Below, piece after piece: positions 13,324-25,134 of a DNA stretch of 64,000 nucleotides. The notes under the pieces were generated by a model, which made no database searches, was not told the DNA's origin, and saw only the letters and a program-made list of their open reading frames with translations. Position 1 is the stretch's first letter, and each line of letters opens with the position of its first letter. The position numbers were made by a program, and so were the translations under genes. Source of the stretch: Camelus ferus (Eukaryota); assembly GCF_009834535.1 (NCBI RefSeq), contig NC_045697.1, forward strand, positions 4,032,001-4,096,000. Direction: 5' to 3'.

Positions 13324-16300
13324 TGGTTATTCCAGGGTGTGGTGAAAAAATCTGACCTGGTCAGGACACGCAGGGTGGGCTTACTCACAGCAGCTGTTGG
13401 GAAAGAGAACGTTCAAAGTGCCCCTGGCCAGTGACCAGAACATAGTACCTGCTCTTCAGGCTGGGGCATGTCCTTCACGGGGTCAAAGCGCTAGGAAGCT
13501 GGGTCAGTCCCTGGAAGCCCCGTAGGCAGGACCAGGAAGAGGGAGGGGAAGGGGAATAAGGAGGAGGGGGCCCTAAGGCAGACCCACCTGCCTGGGATGC
13601 TGGGATCCAGTGTTTGTAGGCTTTACCCTCCTCACTGTTGGCCGGCCTCTGACCAGGATCCTCCCACCCATCCTCCCCACTGCAGTCCCCAGAGAGTCTC
13701 TGAGTCAAATTCCCCCGCCCTTCCCCTTGTTTAGATCTTCCTGGAGATGTATTCCAAGGCCGCTGGGCCTGCCCCTTCTCTCCCTCACCTCCGGCCTCCC
13801 CCGACTTTGGACTTGGCACTCTAACAAAGCTCTCCAAGGGCGCTGGGCTCAGCCTCCCTGCCTGCGCGGTGGTTACTCTGCTGGCATCCTTCCCTGATGG
13901 CCCCGCCTGGCGGGTCCCTCCCCTCCTCTAAGACTCCCGCGGACTCTGGCCGGCCGGACTCCGAGGCCCTTGCCCTTTCCCTGCCCAGGGGTCCTGAGCC
14001 GCTCCCCTCTCAAGAGTAGGGTGGGTGGTCCCATTACTCTGGCTATGGAGCAAATGACCCCAAGACTTTGCGGCCTGAAAAAACCACTTGTTAAGCTCAT
14101 GGATTTCCTAGGCTCTGAATTTAGGCTCATCGGGGCCTCAGCTGGAGTCACCTGGAGGAGTGTTCAGGTCCGTAAGTCTGTCTGGTGGGAACCACTTAAG
14201 GAGGTTCATGGGATTGTGGTCATTGAGGAAGATACAGGGCCGGCCCCCAGCAGGTCCACAGAAGGTTTTGTTGTTCTGTTGAGTCCAGGCAGTCCCACTG
14301 CAGCTTCCAGATGAGGAAACAGGCCTGGAGAACTTGCTCCAGGCCCTCAGCTCTGGGGACCTCCATTTGACTGCAAACACTGCCCTCTAGTGACCAGAGG
14401 CGGGATGTCCAGGAGCCCAAGGCCTGAGAACCTGCGTTGACTTGGGGGAGCTGGTGGTGGGGGTTGGCCCTGCCCCTCCTGGACCATCGGGCAAACTCTT
14501 GAACCTCGGCAAGTTCCCGCAGAGTGAGGTCAACACCCATTTACGTCGTCAGGCTCCGTCATCCTGGTGATCCCTCATCATTGACACCCTTACAGATCTC
14601 TGTGGTCACTAGGGGGCAGTGTGGTACAGATTGGACCCACTACCTGCTCAGTGGCCGTGGGGTGACCAGACGACCACAGGGTTAAAGTGCCCTCAGACTT
14701 ATTTGAGGAGAACATCAGTGACTCCTGGGGCCCAGATAAAGCCCACAGTCTTTGAAGAGGCTTGGGAGGCCCCACCCACTTCCTGTCCTCCCCTCTAGTC
14801 TCAAAGCTTCAAGCCCCAGAGGTTCCTGCTACTTGAAGTCAACCAGCAGCAGAAGAGGCCCAGGCTCTGCAGGCCTGTAGGAGTCTGACCAGCAGCCCAG
14901 CTGCAGGTTCTTTGCTCCCATCTCGTGCTTAGCCAGTTTTTTTTTTCTTTTAAAAAAGGTGAAATTCAGTATGCCAAGCTGAATTTTCATACTCTAATTG
15001 CACAAAGATGTTTCCACTGTATTATATGCTCTGTCTCTGTGTGTTTGCACATGCTGTTCCCTCTGCCAGGAATGCCCCTCCCCTGAAATCTCTCTCTGGC
15101 AAACTTTGACTCATCTTGCAATGCTCAGCTCAGTCCTCAGCCCCTCCAGGGAGCCATCCCTGACTGCCTACCCCAACCTCGGACCTCAAATAGAAGGCCA
15201 AGGTTTTTTCTTGGGACCACCTTGATGACTCTTTAGCTGTCTGTCCTGTACTGTTCCCTGAGGTCAGAGACTGGATCTTATTCACATCTGTGTCCTCCAT
15301 GCCCAGACCAGTACCCAGAACGTGTTATGAACTTAAAACAGTGTCTGTTGGGTGAAAAATAAAGAACTGCATGTATAGATGAGGCCATCCAGGGGCGTGG
15401 CTAAGAACTCAGACCCTGGAACCAGCCTGCCTGCGTCCAGCTTCCATTTCTGCCACTTATACGCTGTGTGACCTCAGGTAGTTTCCTTGGCTTCTCTGGG
15501 CCTCAGTTACTTCAAAGGCTAGAAGACACTGAAAGTTACGTATCTTCCAGCTCCTAACCACACATTTCATCAAGCAGTAATTTTTTTTTTTTAATCCCAG
15601 CTGATTCTAAGACTGGGAGGAAATATAAAGAAGTATAAAATACAAGAGGAAAACTAAGATGCAGAAAGAGCACCGAAGTCGGAGCCTTGACATCACTGGG
15701 CGTGGCCGTGGGTGGCCCCGCCCCCGCCCCGCCCTTCCCGCCATTCTGAGGTGCTAATTGCGGAATCTATTCGATTAGCTCATTGTTCCTCACATGCTCC
15801 TCTGTAGGTGTGTTAGCATCACCATTTTATAGGCGGGGAAACTGAGGCAAGGTGAAGTAAATACGATTTCCCAGAGTAAGCCAGCTGAGAGGTGGCTGAG
15901 CTGGGATTTGAACCCACGTAGTCCAGCCCTTGAACCAGGCACTCACCGCTTCACTGTGCCACCTCTTGCGTGTCGTTCCCTCTGCCTTCTCAAGAGATCC
16001 AGTCCCCCGCCCCCCATGGCTGAGGGCTCCCAGAGCCCCCACATCCAGTGGACCCTGTCTCAACACCGCACACACGCACGCACACGCGCACGCGCGCGCA
16101 CATCCGCACACACACATGGGCACAGATCTCCACCTGAAAGAGTGTGGCTTTCTGTCCTTTCTCTGTGCAAGGGTCAGGTTCGAGCCCCACTATCACTGCC
16201 CCAGATTTGTCCAGTGACAGTCAGGACAAATGGCCAGGAAGTGGAATTCCCACAGGTAGGGGATGAACACCCCACACCAGGGCCTTCCTCCCCTGTCTTC

Positions 16301-16829
16301 ACTCAGGAACCTCACAGACGGCCTGGGCGCCACACCTCTGGCCAACTCAGGGCCTTTGCCCTTGTTGTTCCCTTGGGCCTCAGCTGCTCTGCTCTGCCGA
16401 TTGCGGTCAGCCTGCCCGCCTCCCTCTTCTGGTTCAGGTCTCAGCATGGATGAAACCTCTGCCAGAGGCCTTCTCCACCCTGGACCATCCTGGGAGCATC
16501 CTGCATGGGGAGCGGGATGGCGCAGTGGTCCACGGGGGTGGGCTGGAGTGGCTCTCCAGCATGCAAGGCACTCTGCTCACAGCCAGATTAGAAGCAAATG
16601 ACATCGTCTCTGTGCTTCTGCTTCCCGTCTGAAAAATGAGATCACCTCTCAGTCCTCACCTAGCAGAAGTGAGTGAGAGGATGGGCACAAGGCAGAGTCC
16701 ATGCTGGCTGTGGAGACAGGCCGAGGGGAATCACTGCCCAGGGCCCTCGGGAGAGCATCCAGCCTGCACAGAGCCCAGACCTGGGGGAGAGGAAAGGAGT
16801 CAAGGCCTCTTTCCAAGAAGGGAAGAGAG

Positions 16830-19450
16830 ACAACATGACACCAAAAGGAATAAACTCTGGACACAGGGGACAGCCTGGATGGAGCTCAGGGCATTGTGCT
16901 GTGTGGACAAAGCCACTCTCAGAAGACTGTATGCTGGGACCCCATTCACATATCACTCTCAACATAAAAATTATACACATAAGCGGGGAGCGCAGATCAG
17001 TGGTTGCAGGCGTTGGGGTGGTGAGGGGGGTGGCCACAGGGGGTAGCACGAGAGATTTTTTTTCTGGAATGACAGAACAGTTCTGTATCCTGATTGGGGT
17101 GGTGGTTACACAAATCTACATGCAATAACATTCACAGAACTATATACAAAGAGAAAAAGAGAGAGCATGGAAAAGCAGGAGAAATCTAAATAAGGTCTGT
17201 GGTTTGGTTCCTAGTACTGTGCCTGTCAGCTTCCAGGTCCTGGCCGTCGCATTATGGTTTTGTAAGATGCTGTCACTGGGTAGCTGGGGGAAGGCCGTGC
17301 GGGAGCTCTCTAAATTATTTTTGCAACTTCTCTGCAAGTCTAAGATGACTTCAGAATAAAAACACTAAGACTACTTCATCCAGCAGCAGCAGAATGCACA
17401 CTCTTCTCGAGCTCACAAGATAGACCACTAAGACAGGTCATAAAATACACCTCATGTTTAAAAGAACACCCACCATACAATGTACACGCTCAGACAGTCA
17501 GGGACAGAAGGATGGCTGGGAAACCCCAAGATACTTGGAGATGAAAGAACACTCTTCTAAATAACACATGAGTCAAAGAAGAAATCTCAAGAGAGATAGT
17601 TAAAGATCCTGAGCTACATGAGAGTGAAAATACAGCGCATCAGCATTTGGGGGAACGCAGTGAGCACGGTTCTTAGAGGGAAATTGATGCGTCTTTCAGA
17701 AGACGCGTCTAAAATCAATCATCTGAGCTTCTATCTTAGGAAACTAGAAAAAAGGAGAGCAAATTCAACTCAAAGTAGGCAGAAGAAACAAAAAAAGACA
17801 CTGAGAAGATCCCGTTTGAAGTCTTGGTGGTCTGTGTGCAATTTATTAACAAAATTCCAGGTGGTATGCCCCCTGCGTGACGGTAGTTTTTTGGCTTCTT
17901 AGCTGTGAGTCAATACCTGTCTGCAGCTTGAGTGTGGCCGCCCACCTCTTTTGGTTTCTTTGGAGTCCCTGAATTGGTGTCTCTGAAGTCAGAGTTGGCA
18001 TCCAGCTTCTGCCTCTCACTGGCAGAGCGGGTTCTGCAGGTGGCGCATCCCTGCCAGCCTGGATGGGCTCAGCTGGTACACCAGGAGGCCAGGGTGCAGC
18101 TCGGCTCCCTGAAGGTTAGTGGTCCTTCTTGTTCTCCGAGCTTCATTACCTGTGTGCTGGAATGGAGGTGGGGCTTGTCCCTGTGGGCAAAGAGCTCTAC
18201 CTGGGCCCTGCTGCCCACTGCCAGGAAGGTGGGTTTCCTGAGCAGATCACAGTGGCTGCAGGGACAACTGCCCATCTGCCCACCCGGCCAAAGCCAACAA
18301 TGAAGGAAACTCTGCGGGGACAGTGACTGTAATTCAGTAACTCCACCCAGCCAAGAAATGAGCCCGGGAGGCCCAAGGCTTGCACCCCGCGCCCAGATAA
18401 ATCACTCTCCTCCTGGGTGCTGGTGGGGAGGGTGGATAGGATAGTGACTCAGGGAGACAGGGGAACAGAGCACCTGGTGGCATTGTTACCATTGCTATTG
18501 GTATCATCTACCCTGAAATACCTCTGCCTCCTCACCACCTCACACCCATCAGGATGGCCATGGTCAAAAAGACTCCAAGAATAACACGTGTTAGTGAGGC
18601 TGTGGAGGATCCGGGACTCTCACCCACGGCTGGTGGGAATGTCAATGGTGCAGCCACTGTGGAAACACTATGGTGGTTCCTCAAAATATTGAAAAGAGAA
18701 CCACCATGTGATCCAGCAACTCCACTTCTGGGTGCATATCCCCCACACTGAAAGTGGGGTCTCAAAGAGATATTTATACCCCCCACACCCCCTTCATAGC
18801 AGCATTACTCACAATAGCCAAAAGGTAGAAGCAATCCAAGTGTCCAGCAACAGGATAAACAAGATGTGGACCGTCCACACAATGGGATATTTTTCAGCCT
18901 TAAAAAGGAAAGAAATCCTTTTGATATCTTGTAATAACCTATAATGGAAAAGAATCTGAAAAAGAATATATATATATATATACATACACAACAGAATCAC
19001 TTTGATGCACACCTGAAACTAACATAACATTGTAAGTCAACTATACTTCAGTAAAAAAAGAAATTGTCACACACTACAACGTGGATGAAACTTGAAGACA
19101 TTATGCTCAATGAAATAACCTAGTTACAAGAAGACAAATACTGCGTGATTGTCCTCACATGGGGTCCTCAGAGTAGTCAAATCCACTGAGGCAGAAACTG
19201 TAAGTCTGGTCCCCAGGGGCTGGGGGAGTTGGGGTGGGGAGCTGTTGAACGTGGACAGAGTTTCAGTTTTGCAAGATGAAGGGTTGTGGAGAGGGATGGT
19301 GCTGACAGCTGCACACGGTGTGAATGTACTTAATGCCACTGAACTGGACGCCGAAAAAATGGTTAAGATGGTAAGTTATGTTATGTGTATTTTACCACAA
19401 TTTTTTGGAGAAAAGAATAACAATGATTGAACTATAAAAAAATTACAGAA
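16830..19450. mobile_element. Mixed old LINE-1 fragments (ORF2 piece 17350-17790; 3' ends 16830-17365 and 18530-19450, with a younger L1 tail nested at about 18913-19060)
   Basis: aaaatcaatcatctgagcttctatcttaggaaactagaaaaa; caccacctcacacccatcaggatggc...gatccagcaactccacttctgggt; gataaacaagatgtgg. The 17.8-18.5 kb interval is not clearly L1. Confidence 0.65.
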
Positions 19451-22400
19451 AAAAAAAAATCAAAGAACACTTACGTTTGCAACTCGAATGCCTTCCTGAA
19501 CAATCTTATAAAGCAGTAGTGCTGGCACTTGAACTTCAATCTGTCCCAAACTACCCACAATTGTCACATCACTAACATGCCTCTTAAACCCTCCCATCCT
19601 GCTGGTTCTTATCTCGAGTCATAGTGTCACAGGGAACCATGGGCTACTGAGAAAGTCTCTGGTGAACATTTCACAATCTAGACAGTGACAGATACTTTGT
19701 ATGAGGGGAAGGGAGGTGGTGTAGGAGGGGAGGGGGTCTGTTTTTTTTCCCCCTAGGAAAACACTGAAATCAGTTTTGCCAGGACAAGGAGCTGAATTAA
19801 CATCAGTCCTGGACATTCATTCACATGCGTTTCGAGCTCCTGTCGTGTGCCCAGCACTGTGCCAGGTGCTACAGATTCGGGGCCGCACAAAATGGACAAA
19901 GGCCACGCTCCTTGCCCTAGTGGGGGAGTCAGAAAAACAACAAGCAAATAAATAAATGAGCATGCTTGTTTCAGGAGAGAGAAGAGCAGGGGGGCGAGGA
20001 CAGCAAACAGGGAGAGGGGTGTTGCCCTCAGCTACTGTCCCCACCCCCCCACGCCCGGTGCAAGGCGAGCAGCCAGCTGTGGTCCTCGCACTGTGAACCC
20101 CTCTGGTGGACAGGGTCTGGTGGCTCTGCCTGCCAGATGCTGGTGCGTTTAAGTCCTGAAGGCTGGGGGCGACCAGCTGCTTTAAGGTGGCTGTTCCTTC
20201 TCCCACAGCGCCCCTTTCTGGGAAGGAGCTGTTACTGCAGCCAAGGACACTTGGAATTACAGGAGCATTTGTCCCAGTCACTCCCTTCCTCCTACCCCGG
20301 GGTCTCCCGCAATCATAGGCTGACCCCTCCCCTTTGAGGATGAAAATCACAGAGAAGAATCTCATTCTAAAAGAAATGCATTTCCTTCTCTATTACTGGG
20401 ACTAAGGATTTAGGTCACTTTGGAAAATGTTGTTTTACAAATGATTTTTAACCTTTTATAAAAGAAGTCTCTAGAAAGATAGTTCTACGCGTTCTAGATC
20501 AGCATCCCTGAGGCACGGTAAGAACGCGGCCTTCCTGGAGCCCCAGGAATACCCCTGCGGACTTAGTAAGTTTAGTCCATGAACTTTGGGTTGGACTAAG
20601 TGCGTGTCTGAGTCTCTCGCTCGCACTGGCCTGTCCAGTTCTTGGGAGAAAAACCACATCTTATTTGCCATTAGGTCTTCAGCCCTCCCATGGTGCTTGA
20701 TTTCCCAGTAAACATGTGACTGAGTTACTGTTTTTGCCAGTCTGCCCCACAAGCCTCACGGGGTGCCCAGCTTTCTTCTAGCTGTATTCACTCTGCAGGT
20801 CTGCGTCACTCACTCAGGTGTTGAGCGTGCTGGGCACGAGGTGAGCATAGAGCCCAGGAGGAGCAGGACCGTCAGAGCCCGTGCCCGCCTGGAGGTGTGT
20901 GAGGATGTCATCACACAACGACCCAGACACAACAGTGGTGAGTGCCATGTGGGGGACATGCCTGGCATGTCCCAGGACCGAGGTGAAGCTGGAAGGATGT
21001 TGAGTGACGGAGGGGAGAGAAGCCCAGGCCACGGTCTGTGAGGGTGTGGGGACCAGATCCTGCAGGCTGACCACAGCACAAATTTTGGATTTTATTTGAA
21101 CATAATGAGGGAAATCTATGAGGGTTTAAGGCAAAGCCCAACGTGTCTGATTTCTGGTTTTTAAAGACCCCTCTGGCCGCCGTGTGCTATGTGAAACGTG
21201 GCTTGGAGAGGGGATGGGGGAAGCAGGAAACCATTAAGGTTCGGCTGAGTGGCCCCGGTGAGATGTTAACTCTGGTTTTAGTTTTTTAAAGAAATCTCCA
21301 TACTGTTTTCCATACTGACGGCACCAAATTACATTCCCAACACGTAGGACAGAACTCACATTCTTACATTCATGATGGACCCACCTCCTCACACGTGGTC
21401 CAAGACTCATAGTCCTAAAAGTTCTGGCTTGGAGGATAAGAAGCCACAAGGTGCTTACTACCTCATTTGTACCCAATTTTATACATGTGAATAATTAGTA
21501 CCCAATTGTATGTATGCGTCCAAAGTGACTCCTGGATGCCCGAGGCTGCCTGTGGACAAGGGATATCCTGTGCATTCCTGAAAACTCAAAGTAATTATTG
21601 TGCTCTCAGGTGTGAAGTGAACGTGTTAACTGACTCCAGTATGATTGTTAGGGTGCTCCTCTCAAACCTTCTTAGACCCCAGCCCCATCCCTGTTTATTC
21701 TTCTAGGAAGTAGGGGAGCCCTAGACCCCAGCAGCAGAGATGGTCTGCAGGGCTCACCGAGGACAAAAACTGGGCCTCACTCTACTGCTTCAGGAGTGGG
21801 AGCCTCTCTCCCAACTTGTTACAGATTTAGCTAGAGGGGGAAGGACCAGTTTTCCAAGATCCACAAGGGTCTTCTTAATTCTCCAGCTGGTAAGAGGTGG
21901 GAGAGGAGGGAGCCAGGAGGTCTGAAGGTGGTCTGGTAGTGCCAAAGAGAGCTGGGGTGTGCCTGGCTCCCCCAACCCGCATTCTAGAACAGAAAAGTGA
22001 CTTTTATCTAATGTGTCTGTACTTTGCAAGTCTGCTTCAAGTCCACGTTCCAGACAAGGCCCCGCACTCGCCTCTATGTCGAAACCTCTGGGACACCACT
22101 AATTAACCAAGAGAATTTCAGAGCCCAAGTTCCCTTAGAGGTAAGGGACACATATAAGCAAATTATCTTCTAAACCAGGACTGTTTTTTTTAAATGTCCT
22201 GCCAGTAAACTGTTTATAATTAGCTTTAAAAACTGTTAAGCTGAATTTCACTTTCACTGGTTATTATACTTTTAATTTTCTCAACACAATTTACTTTCTC
22301 ATATATATATACATATACATATTTATATATATAAGTATATATATATATATATATAGCAACATTATCTATTTCTAGTTAGGAAAGTTTTACTTTATAGCCC

Positions 22401-22845
22401 ACTTGTTAACTTATGTGTTCTGGAATTTGGGGTTTCTATTATGCAGATATTAAATCTCAGCTTTAAAGTTATTCAACTTTTTCGTAATTTGTCTTAATTA
22501 CTGACTTTTTAATATTCACAAGTTTAAAAACCACTTTAGTAATATACATGTTATGTAAAGAAGCTATTTTCATATTCAGTGAGTATGTCATAGGCATATA
22601 AATCCTTAGAGCACTGCCCAGCAGTCGCCAGATACTAAATGTAGGTTACTCATTCTTTCCACTTCTAAATTCAGTTCTTCAATTTGTCAGTGAGCTGCCT
22701 GAATTAAAAAATGTAACTGTGTTACACAGAAGGTCCATGAAAGCTAAGGTTGAGATTACAAGATCAGATTCTTCGTAATACAGAGCTAAGTGAGAATACA
22801 CCTACTCAATCAACCTCAACGACCTGTGACAAATGGCACAAAAGC

Positions 22846-23003
22846 AGCCTGAGCTGTATGCTTGTCTGAGCTCTGCTGACTACAATGACCACCTTATAAA
22901 ACAGACGAAAACCAGAATCAAAGCCTGAGCTGTATGCTTGTCTGAGCTCTGCTGACTACAATGACCACCTTATAAAACAGACGAAAACCAGAATCAAAGC
23001 CTG
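22846..23003. repeat. Perfect 76-bp tandem duplication
   Basis: 22846-22921 equals 22922-22997 (agcctgagctgtatgcttgtc...accagaatcaa), followed by a third AGCCTG. Confidence 0.95.
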
Positions 23004-23322
23004 TTGTAGCTGCACGGGATCTTTAGAAGTCCATGTTGTCAGGTTGTGAAAGAACAAAATCCTAGCACCCGCCGTTCACACAAATGATTTAAGAATTCTT
23101 TCCCCTCAAAATGAACAGTTAAACCATTGTCATTAATAATTCTGTGAAACAGTAGCTAACATTTGGGGTGCTCCTCTCAAAGCTTCTTAGACCCCAGCCC
23201 CAAGCCACTTTTCTTTTTCCCACTCCTAAAATCATATGCACAACATGTCAACTTTCAAACAAAGAAGGGAAATATGTAAAGTCCCTTTCAGATGGAAAGC
23301 GTTTTCAGTAAAACTTAAATTT

Positions 23323-23328
23323 TTTATT
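23323..23328 (-). terminator. Candidate AATAAA polyadenylation signal of BLOC1S4
   Basis: tttatt on + strand about 630 nt downstream of the stop, at the end of an AT-rich 3' UTR. Confidence 0.55.
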
Positions 23329-23959
23329 ATTTAAATGATAAACCAAATGTTGGCAATTACGTATAGACCTTCTTGCTGTGGACAAATTAAGATTGTGAGG
23401 TTGTACTTTCAGAATCAGCCTCAGAATTAGTTGCAGTAAGTCAATACTTTCTCAGAAACTGTATAATTTCCTTCGGCTTACAATCCATTATATGGAAAGC
23501 TTAGTATAATGTTTAATAATTTACCTTCTACCCTAAAAGTAAACTATAGAAAACGGAATCACTGTTAGGATCGAAATAACAAGGCTTTAAAGGTTCAGTA
23601 GTTTTTCTTAAGAGTATACAAATATACAAATCTTGAAAAAGTAACAGTTAACCTGTAAAATCCATAAAAATAACATTTCTGGCACAGTGAACCAAGTTCA
23701 TTCATTTTACTTCCCGGATTCCCCTCCCCCCACCCCGCTCCGCACCAGTTTTCAAGTTTGAACTGGAAGACGTAGAAAATCATTCATCTACGTGAAACAG
23801 TGAAGACAGAGGGAAATTGTGCAAAAAAAACAAAAAAACTTTAAAATTCCATACACCAATGTCATGTATGTCTAGTAACAGGACTTCCAACTGATTTAAT
23901 TAATACTCAAGATAATTTGAGACCGTGTCCTCCTGCAGCACTGCCCGGCGGACTCAGAT

Positions 23960-24607
23960 TTAAGGTCTTTCGCCGCAACAGGGAAAGTGGTCTTCGGTCC
24001 GAAACAGGACGGGGGGTTCGTAGCCGGTCGGCTGTGACCTGCTGGAAGGCGCCTTGTTGAAGAAGGAGGGCACGTTAATGGTGTGCAGAAATTTCCTGAA
24101 TGTGCTGGGAAAAGTCCCCAGCTCGGCCTCCGCCCTGGCGACCTGCTCCTCCAACCTGGCCACGCTGGAGCCGATCATCCCGACGAAGGCCTCGAGCCGG
24201 TCGATCTTGCTGTAGACCCGCCGCATCTCGGTGGCCTTCGCGTAGATGCGCGGCACGCCCTCGCTGACGACGTGGGAGGAGTCGCCGCGCAGCATGTCCA
24301 GCATGCCCACAAACTCGTCCACCCTGGTGAGCAGGTCCTCCAGGCTCGCGTCCAGCGCCTCGACCTCAGGCCGCACCCCCGCGCCGGGCAGCAGGCAGGC
24401 GGCGTAGCCCGCGGCGGCGCGGCGCAGCAGCGGCAGGTCCCGGCCCGGCGCGCCCAGCTCGCCGCTCTCGTCCTCCCACGGCCCCGAGGCGCTGCTGTGG
24501 CTCTGGGACACATTGCCGCTGTCCCCGCTCCAGGCCGCAACCTGGGGCTCGGCCTCCTCTGCCGGCCCCTCGCGGGGCGGCCCGCAGTCCACCGGCCGAT
24601 CCTCCAT
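23960..24607 (-). CDS. BLOC1S4: Biogenesis of lysosome-related organelles complex 1 subunit 4 (cappuccino), single exon, 215 aa
   Basis: ATG at 24607 (gtcATGg) opens MEDRPVDCGPP...WSGDSGNVSQSHSSASGPWEDE...VEALDASLEDLLTRVDEFVGMLDMLRGDSSHVVSEGVPRI...YEPPVLFRTEDHFPCC; these motifs are characteristic of BLOC1S4. Intronless, inside a CpG island, TAA at 23960-23962. Confidence 0.96.
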   Translation of the reverse strand: MEDRPVDCGPPREGPAEEAEPQVAAWSGDSGNVSQSHSSASGPWEDESGELGAPGRDLPLLRRAAAGYAACLLPGAGVRPEVEALDASLEDLLTRVDEFVGMLDMLRGDSSHVVSEGVPRIYAKATEMRRVYSKIDRLEAFVGMIGSSVARLEEQVARAEAELGTFPSTFRKFLHTINVPSFFNKAPSSRSQPTGYEPPVLFRTEDHFPCCGERP

Positions 24608-24760
24608 GACCAGCGACGGCCCGGACTGCCAGCCCCGCTTCCGGTCTCCGCGCGCACGCGCACGCACAACATGCAGGCCCACTTCCGGCCACCGCGCTAG
24701 CACGTACGCGCACGCGCACCCGCTCGCCCGCGCACGTGCACGCGCGCACACCCACAGCAC
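24608..24760 (-). promoter_or_regulatory. BLOC1S4 CpG-island promoter/5' UTR with ETS motif and GCGC/GCAC alternating tracts
   Basis: ACTTCCGG (ETS/GABP-type) at 24681-24688, flanked by (GCGCAC)-like runs resembling NRF1 sites; CpG-rich sequence ends abruptly at an L1-like AT-rich segment near 24760. Confidence 0.7.
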
Positions 24761-25134
24761 TTTTTTAAAAAAAATAATAAGGTGTAACAGGAATACGATA
24801 AAGTTCATGCATCTTAAGTGTACACACTGATTACTTTTTACATATTCATACAACCATGTAATCTCCATTCAGGTCAAGATGTAGAATATGTCCAGGACCC
24901 ATGAAGATCTCCCTCCCGCCCTTAGTTTCTTCTGGCTGTTTATAGTAAATTGAGAGAGAAGAGAGAGAAGCAAGAGGGTGGACTGATAAACTTTTATATT
25001 CTTGATGAGTTTGAAAGTTCTCAGCTTCTTCGGATGATTAAAATAAAGAAACAAAATTAAGAAATGGCTTTATAGTAGGGATCAAATCCCGGACACTGCC
25101 AGAAAAACCAAGGAATTGTGACTCTAAAATATCT

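Noticed and set aside
24083..24830. Overlapping antisense and alternate-frame ORFs over BLOC1S4 (205, 165, 129, 105 aa)
   Set aside because: Expected by-products of GC-rich coding sequence; low-complexity R/A/G/P composition with no recognisable homology.
24608..24868. 87-aa N-terminal extension of the BLOC1S4 ORF (302 aa in the ORF track)
   Set aside because: It runs through L1-like AT-rich sequence and the promoter's GCGC repeats; BLOC1S4 similarity begins at the ATG at 24607.
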